DNA of 32,756 nucleotides from a virus (Duplodnaviria; Heunggongvirae; Uroviricota; Caudoviricetes): IMG/VR virus record IMGVR_UViG_2541047689_000008; one strand, 5' to 3'. Shown piece by piece: positions 27,114 to 32,756 of this stretch (position 1 is its first letter; each line of letters starts with the position of its first letter). The notes under the pieces were generated by a model. It saw only the letters and a program-made list of their open reading frames with translations, ran no database searches and was not told where the DNA came from. The position numbers and the translations under genes were made by a program.

Positions 27114-27689
27114 ATGGATTTCGACACAATCATGGAAAAGGCTTACGAAGAATACTTCGAAGGCCTTGCCGAAGGCGAAGAAGCTCTCAGCTTCAGTGAG
27201 TTTAAACAGGCACTCAGAATAAGAATGTGCTCTCACAATGACGCGGAACACAAATATGAGAAGCAAAATCAGACCGCAGAAAATTTTGTTCTGGAACCCG
27301 GAGAAACGCTTTTCAAAATTCCCGTTACGTGCCCCATTTGCGGTTTTACATCAGAAGAACTTGACGACTCCTGTAACAATCAGGAAACAACCAAGTATGT
27401 CGAAGATGATACCGAGTGCGCACGAAGAACGATTATAGCCACGAGTCCAAACTCCAGGACCAATAAATCTCACTTTGAGAGGGTGATTAATCCACTCCCC
27501 CAAACCAATAAAAAAGATGCCGGAGGACAAAAAACCCAATGGAACAACGGGATATCTGTCAAAAAAAGACGTTCCATTAAAGACAAACAACGCAGCGCCA
27601 ACAACTGTAAGCGCTTTATACCAGTAATCAATTTTCATGTTCTTAAGCGGATTTATTGGTGGTTGCGACATTGCTTAATGAATCCTTAA
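27114..27689 (+). CDS. YdfB-like protein, long form (191 aa) with internal CPxCG zinc-ribbon-like motif
   Basis: Starts MDFDTIMEKAYEEYFEGLAEGEEALSFSEFKQAL (YdfB-like), 1 nt after the ydfA stop. The basic low-complexity C-terminal third may be run-on translation. Confidence 0.55.
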   Translation: MDFDTIMEKAYEEYFEGLAEGEEALSFSEFKQALRIRMCSHNDAEHKYEKQNQTAENFVLEPGETLFKIPVTCPICGFTSEELDDSCNNQETTKYVEDDTECARRTIIATSPNSRTNKSHFERVINPLPQTNKKDAGGQKTQWNNGISVKKRRSIKDKQRSANNCKRFIPVINFHVLKRIYWWLRHCLMNP

Positions 27690-27947
27690 AACTGTGGTGA
27701 TTTTAAGGATACCACCTCGCCTGACGTGGTTAAAAGCAGGCACACAACACGAAAGCGCACGGCGAAGTTCGTCTCACTGTACGGTGTCGTTAAATTTAAT
27801 TCGACCGTGCGCTTCCGGTTGTGGCAACCCGCGAAATGGCGCGGCGGTAAGTATGGCGGGGTTATTCCTTCCCCGTAGAGGACACCGAGTTGTCAGGTTG
27901 ACCATACGCTTAAGTGACAACCCCGCTGCAACGCCCTCTGTTATCAA

Positions 27948-28006
27948 TTTTCTGGTGACGTTTGGCGGTATCAGTTTTACTCCGTGACTGCTCTGCCGCC
28001 GTTTTT
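27948..28006 (+). ncRNA. dicF: DicF small RNA (antisense regulator of ftsZ)
   Basis: TTTCTGGTGACGTTTGGCGGTATCAGTTTTACTCCGTGACTGCTCTGCCGCCGTTTTT matches recalled DicF. Lies between the ydfB-like gene and dicB as in K-12. Confidence 0.8.
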
Positions 28007-28175
28007 AAAGTGAGTTTTGTGATGCGGTGAATGCGGCTAAGCGCACGCGGAACAGTTAAAACCAAAAACAGTGTTATGGGTGGATTCTCTGTATCCGGCG
28101 TTAATTGTTAACTGGTTAACGTCACCTGGAGGCACCAGGCACTGCATCACAAAATTCATTGTTGAGGACGCGATA

Positions 28176-28364
28176 ATGAAAACGTTATTACCAAACGTTA
28201 ATACGTCTGAAGGTTGTTTTGAAATTGGTGTCACTATCAGTAACCCTGTATTTACTGAAGATGCCATTAACAAGAGAAAACAAGAACGGGAGCTATTAAA
28301 TAAAATATGCATTGTTTCAATGCTGGCTCGTTTACGTCTGATGCCAAAAGGATGTGCACAATGA
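28176..28364 (+). CDS. dicB: Cell division inhibitor DicB
   Basis: MKTLLPNVNTSEGCFEIGVTISNPVFTEDAINKRKQERELLNKICIVSMLARLRLMPKGCAQ (62 aa). GAGGA upstream. Confidence 0.9.
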   Translation: MKTLLPNVNTSEGCFEIGVTISNPVFTEDAINKRKQERELLNKICIVSMLARLRLMPKGCAQ

Positions 28365-28552
28365 ATTCAGCATTTGCGCTTGTTCTGACAGTTTTTCTTG
28401 TTTCCGGAGAGCCAGTTGATATTGCAGTCAGTGTTCACAGGACAATGCAGGAGTGTATGACTGCAGCAACCGAACAGAAAATTCCCGGTAACTGTTACCC
28501 GGTCGATAAAGTTATTCACCAGGATAATATCGAAATCCCGGCAGGTCTTTAA
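28361..28552 (+). CDS. ydfD: YdfD-like small membrane (lysis-type) protein
   Basis: MNSAFALVLTVFLVSGEPVDIAVSVHRTMQECMTAATEQKIPGNCYPVDKVIHQDNIEIPAGL (63 aa). ATG overlaps the dicB stop. Confidence 0.8.
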   Translation: MNSAFALVLTVFLVSGEPVDIAVSVHRTMQECMTAATEQKIPGNCYPVDKVIHQDNIEIPAGL

Positions 28553-28645
28553 AACAGTTCCGTAATAAATATCCGGTTTCATTCTTATATGCCAGCAATG
28601 GCAGGGATTTGTTCATCCTTAAATCTGTCATGAGGTTAAAACAAA

Positions 28646-31117
28646 ATGAGTAAAGTCTTTATTTGCGCCGCTATTCCTGACGAACTGGCAACAAGGGAAG
28701 AAGGCGCTGTGGCTGTAGCCACAGCCATTGAAGCTGGCGACGAACGCCGTGCTCGAGCAAAATTTCAATGGCAGTTCCTGGAACATTATCCGGCTGCTCA
28801 GGACTGCGCTTATAAATTTATTGTCTGCGAGGATAAACCTGGCATACCCCGCCCTGCCCTCGATTCATGGGATGCTGAATATATGCAGGAAAACCGCTGG
28901 GATGAGGAGTCTGCTTCTTTTGTCCCGGTTGAGACTGAATCCGATCCGATGAACGTCACTTTTGACAAGCTGGCCCCTGAAGTACAGAACGCTGTCATGG
29001 TTAAGTTCGACACATGTGAAAACATCACCGTTGATATGGTTATTAGCGCACAGGAATTGTTGCAGGAAGACATGGCAACATTCGACGGACATATCGTTGA
29101 AGCGTTGATGAAAATGCCAGAAGTTAACGCCATGTATCCGGAGCTTAAGTTGCACGCCATTGGGTGGGTTAAGCATAAATGTATTCCTGGTGCTAAATGG
29201 CCCGAAATTCAGGCAGAGATGCGCATCTGGAAAAAACGTCGCGAAGGTGAACGCAAGGAAACCGGAAAATACACGTCTGTTGTTGATCTCGCCCGCGCCA
29301 GAGCCAATCAACAGTACACTGAAAATTCAACAGGAAAAATCAGCCCGGTCATTGCTGCCATTCATCGCGAATACAAGCAGACATGGAAAACACTGGATGA
29401 CGAACTGGCCTACGCTCTCTGGCCTGGTGATGTGGATGCCGGAAACATTGACGGCAGCATCCATCGCTGGGCAAAAAAAGAAGTTATCGACAACGACCGC
29501 GAAGACTGGAAGCGTATCTCGGCATCAATGCGCAAACAGCCTGATGCCCTTCGCTACGACCGCCAGACTATTTTTGGCCTTGTCCGTGAGCGTCCGATCG
29601 ACATTCACAAAGATCCCATAGCACTGAACAAATATATCTGCGAATACCTGACGACAAAGGGCGTGTTTGAGAATGAAGAAACAGACCTGGGCACTGTTGA
29701 TGTTCTCCAGTCATCAGAAACACAAACTGATGCAGTGGAAACTGAGGTATCTGATATCCCAAAAAATGAAACCGCGCCGGAAGCTGAACCATCTGTAGAG
29801 CGTGAGGGGCCGTTCTATTTCCTCTTCGCAGATAAGGACGGAGAAAAATACGGTCGCGCAAACAAACTTTCTGGTCTGGATAAGGCACTGGCTGCTGGCG
29901 CCACTGAAATCACAAAAGAAGAATATTTTGCCCGAAAAAATGGCACATACACGGGCTTACCGCAAAATGTAGATACCGCTGAAGATTCAGAACAACCAGA
30001 GCCGATAAAAGTTACCGCTGACGAAGTAAACAAAATTATGCAGGCAGCCAATATCAGCCAGCCTGACGCCGATAAGTTGCTTGCTGCATCACGTGGTGAA
30101 TTTGTTGAAGGGATTAGTGACCCGAATGATCCGAAATGGGTTAAGGGGATCCAGACCCGCGATTCTGTGAACCAGAACCAGCATGAATCGGAACGGAACT
30201 ACCAAAAAGCGGAACAAAACAGCACAAATGCGTTACAAAACGAGCCAGAAACGAAACAGCCTGAACCAGTGGCGCAACAGGAAGTGGAAAAAGTCTGCAC
30301 CGCCTGCGGTCAGACCGGCGGCGGCAACTGCCCTGATTGTGGCGCGGTGATGGGCGACGCAACATACCAAGAAACATTCGATGAAGAGTATCAGGTTGAA
30401 GTTCAGGAAGATGATCCGGAGGAAATGGAAGGCGCTGAACATCCACACAAGGAGAACACTGGCGGCAATCAGCATCACAATAGCGATAATGAAACTGGCG
30501 AGACGGCAGATCACTCAATTAAGGTGAACGGTCATCACGAAATCACATCCACCAGCAGGACGTGTGACCATCTAATGATCGACCTTGAAACCATGGGAAA
30601 AAATCCTGATGCCCCGATCATCTCAATAGGTGCAATATTTTTCGATCCGCAAACCGGAGATATGGGACCGGAATTTAGTAAGACTATCGATCTGGAAACT
30701 GCTGGCGGAGTCATTGATCGGGACACCATTAAATGGTGGCTTAAGCAATCACGCGAAGCGCAATCTGCCATTATGACCGATGAAATCCCGTTAGATGATG
30801 CACTGTTACAATTGCGGGAATTTATCGACGAAAACTCCGGTGAATTTTTTGTTCAGGTTTGGGGAAATGGAGCCAACTTCGACAACACGATTTTGCGCCG
30901 TTCATACGAACGGCAGGGGATCCCCTGCCCGTGGCGTTACTACAACGATCGCGATGTACGCACAATCGTTGAGCTGGGGAAAGCCATAGACTTCGATGCC
31001 AGAACGGCTATTCCATTCGAAGGTGAGCGCCATAATGCACTTGATGACGCCCGTTACCAGGCAAAATACGTTTCAGTTATCTGGCAAAAACTGATCCCGA
31101 GTCAGGCTGATTCTTAA
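28646..31117 (+). CDS. Large recombination-region protein (YdfE-like): acidic N-terminal region, CxxC...CxxC zinc ribbon, C-terminal DEDDh-type 3'-5' exonuclease domain
   Basis: 823 aa. C-terminus has exonuclease motifs MIDLETMG (Exo I), WGNGANFD (Exo II), HNALDDARY (Exo III). Zinc ribbon CTACGQTGGGNCPDCG. Sits at the exo/bet position between the dicB operon and xis. Confidence 0.72.
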   Translation: MSKVFICAAIPDELATREEGAVAVATAIEAGDERRARAKFQWQFLEHYPAAQDCAYKFIVCEDKPGIPRPALDSWDAEYMQENRWDEESASFVPVETESDPMNVTFDKLAPEVQNAVMVKFDTCENITVDMVISAQELLQEDMATFDGHIVEALMKMPEVNAMYPELKLHAIGWVKHKCIPGAKWPEIQAEMRIWKKRREGERKETGKYTSVVDLARARANQQYTENSTGKISPVIAAIHREYKQTWKTLDDELAYALWPGDVDAGNIDGSIHRWAKKEVIDNDREDWKRISASMRKQPDALRYDRQTIFGLVRERPIDIHKDPIALNKYICEYLTTKGVFENEETDLGTVDVLQSSETQTDAVETEVSDIPKNETAPEAEPSVEREGPFYFLFADKDGEKYGRANKLSGLDKALAAGATEITKEEYFARKNGTYTGLPQNVDTAEDSEQPEPIKVTADEVNKIMQAANISQPDADKLLAASRGEFVEGISDPNDPKWVKGIQTRDSVNQNQHESERNYQKAEQNSTNALQNEPETKQPEPVAQQEVEKVCTACGQTGGGNCPDCGAVMGDATYQETFDEEYQVEVQEDDPEEMEGAEHPHKENTGGNQHHNSDNETGETADHSIKVNGHHEITSTSRTCDHLMIDLETMGKNPDAPIISIGAIFFDPQTGDMGPEFSKTIDLETAGGVIDRDTIKWWLKQSREAQSAIMTDEIPLDDALLQLREFIDENSGEFFVQVWGNGANFDNTILRRSYERQGIPCPWRYYNDRDVRTIVELGKAIDFDARTAIPFEGERHNALDDARYQAKYVSVIWQKLIPSQADS

Positions 31118-31189
31118 TGTTCAACTGTCGCCGGTTGTGACTGGTATTCTGCAACCGGCGCTCGTCTGATGTAAGAGATAAAGAAATCG

Positions 31190-31441
31190 ATGAGCGAAGT
31201 AATCATGATTGTCTCTCCCGGCAAATGGGTATCCGAAGAGCAGTTAATTGCGCTGAAAGGAATAAAAAAAGGTACGTTAAAAAAGGCCCGGGAAAAATCG
31301 TTTATGGAAGGAAGGGAATATAAGCATGTCGCTCATGACGGTATGCCATGGGATAACAGTCCATGCTTTTACAACCTGGAAGAAATTGATCGCTGGATTG
31401 AGCGCCAGGCATCAGCGAGACCAAGACGTCATCTTACTTGA
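31190..31441 (+). CDS. Excisionase-like protein
   Basis: 83 aa basic ORF immediately upstream of the integrase, same strand. Family call by position and size. Confidence 0.55.
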   Translation: MSEVIMIVSPGKWVSEEQLIALKGIKKGTLKKAREKSFMEGREYKHVAHDGMPWDNSPCFYNLEEIDRWIERQASARPRRHLT

Positions 31442-31475
31442 CTAAAAGCCACACTAACTAATGAGAGAAGTTGAA

Positions 31476-32756
31476 ATGAAATATCCGACAGGCGTGGAAA
31501 ACCATGGAGGGAAATTACGTATCTGGTTTGTTTATAAAGGCGTAAGAGTCAGGGAAAATCTGGGGGTTCCTGACACAGCAAAAAACAGGCGCGTTGCAGG
31601 TGAACTACGCTCCTCTGTTTGTTACGCAATAAAAACTGGTGTTTTCGACTATGCAAAACAGTTTCCCTCCTCACGCAATCTGGAAAAATTTGGTGAGGCC
31701 CGACAAGATTTAACCATAAAAGAACTGGCTGAAAAATTTCTGGCACTGAAAGAAACTGAAGTCGCCAAAACATCACTCAACACATACCGTGCCGTCATCA
31801 AAAATATCCTGAGCATAATCGGTGAAAAAAATCTTGCCTCATCGATTAATAAAGAAAAATTACTGGAGGTTCGTAAAGAGCTACTGACTGGATACCAGAT
31901 CCCCAAAAGTAACTATATTGTTACACAACCAGGGAGATCGGCTGTAACTGTAAATAATTACATGACAAATCTTAACGCCGTGTTCCAGTTTGGTGTTGAT
32001 AACGGTTACCTGGCAGATAATCCGTTTAAGGGGATCTCGCCATTAAAGGAATCAAGAACCATTCCGGATCCTCTTTCGCGGGAGGAATTTATCCGTCTTA
32101 TCGATGCGTGCAGAAATCAGCAAGCAAAAAATTTATGGTGTGTTTCTGTTTATACTGGCGTTCGCCCTGGTGAGCTGTGTGCACTTGGATGGGAGGACAT
32201 AGATCTGAAAAATGGAACAATGATGATCAGGAGAAATTTAGCAAAAGACCGTTTCACGGTACCAAAAACACAGGCGGGAACCAATCGGGTCATTCATCTT
32301 ATTAAGCCAGCAATCGACGCTCTCCGGAGTCAGATGACATTAACGAGACTGAGCAAAGAGCATATCATTGATGTTCACCTCAGAGAGTATGGCAGAACAG
32401 AAAAACAAAAATGCACCTTTGTTTTTCAACCTGAAGTGTCAGCGAGAGTAAAAAATTATGGTGACCATTTTACCGTTGACTCAATAAGGCAGATGTGGGA
32501 CGCAGCGATAAAACGTGCCGGACTCCGCCATCGAAAATCATATCAGTCGAGACATACTTATGCCTGCTGGTCGCTGACAGCTGGTGCTAACCCGGCATTT
32601 ATAGCAAACCAGATGGGCCATGCAGATGCGCAAATGGTATTTCAGGTATACGGAAAATGGATGTCTGAAAACAATAATGCACAGGTAGCTTTGTTAAATA
32701 CACAGTTAAGCGAGTTTGCCCCAACCATGCCCCATAACGAAGCAATGAAAAATTAA
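31476..32756 (+). CDS. Tyrosine integrase (lambda Int family; IntR/IntQ-like)
   Basis: MKYPTGVENHGGKLRIWF... N-terminus matches recalled Rac IntR. Catalytic region ...HRKSYQSRHTYACW...GHADAQMVFQVYGKW carries the R/H-x-x-R box and tyrosine nucleophile. Start at ATG 31476 (AGAGAAG upstream); stop TAA at the last 3 nt of the window. Confidence 0.88.
   Translation: MKYPTGVENHGGKLRIWFVYKGVRVRENLGVPDTAKNRRVAGELRSSVCYAIKTGVFDYAKQFPSSRNLEKFGEARQDLTIKELAEKFLALKETEVAKTSLNTYRAVIKNILSIIGEKNLASSINKEKLLEVRKELLTGYQIPKSNYIVTQPGRSAVTVNNYMTNLNAVFQFGVDNGYLADNPFKGISPLKESRTIPDPLSREEFIRLIDACRNQQAKNLWCVSVYTGVRPGELCALGWEDIDLKNGTMMIRRNLAKDRFTVPKTQAGTNRVIHLIKPAIDALRSQMTLTRLSKEHIIDVHLREYGRTEKQKCTFVFQPEVSARVKNYGDHFTVDSIRQMWDAAIKRAGLRHRKSYQSRHTYACWSLTAGANPAFIANQMGHADAQMVFQVYGKWMSENNNAQVALLNTQLSEFAPTMPHNEAMKN

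Noticed and set aside
27694-27987. 97-aa + strand ORF overlapping the DicF region
   Set aside because: Arg/Ser/Pro-rich translation of a GC-rich structured RNA region; it overlaps the DicF small RNA and has no SD. Most likely non-coding.

Overview
This window is most of a lambdoid prophage of the enterobacterial Qin/Rac type, lying in reverse orientation, and it carries one likely anti-phage defence locus that is split by a frameshift. All identifications rest on reading the translations and comparing them with protein sequences and motifs recalled from memory; no search was run. From low to high coordinates (almost all on the - strand): tail genes L (partial), M, tape measure H, the G/G-T chaperone pair, V, U, Z; head genes (a ClpP-like protease fused to the major capsid, portal, gpW) and a large terminase subunit that lacks its 5' end and has no small subunit; an AT-rich moron block (ydfO, gnsB, cspI); a lysis cassette (pinholin, SAR endolysin, Rz/Rz1); more morons (cspB, cspF); antiterminator Q with a candidate late promoter; a nin-like accessory region with a hok toxin; a replication module with iterons inside an O-like gene; the dicC/dicA immunity switch; the ydfA-dicF-dicB-ydfD operon; an intact ydfE-like exonuclease; excisionase and integrase at the window end. 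The most interesting locus is at 22.0-24.2 kb: an AT-rich island encoding a two-domain protein (degenerate P-loop-like N-terminus plus a dCMP/cytidine-deaminase zinc motif), resembling nucleotide-depleting defence deaminases, with a coupled small ORF and a repeat-rich leader.
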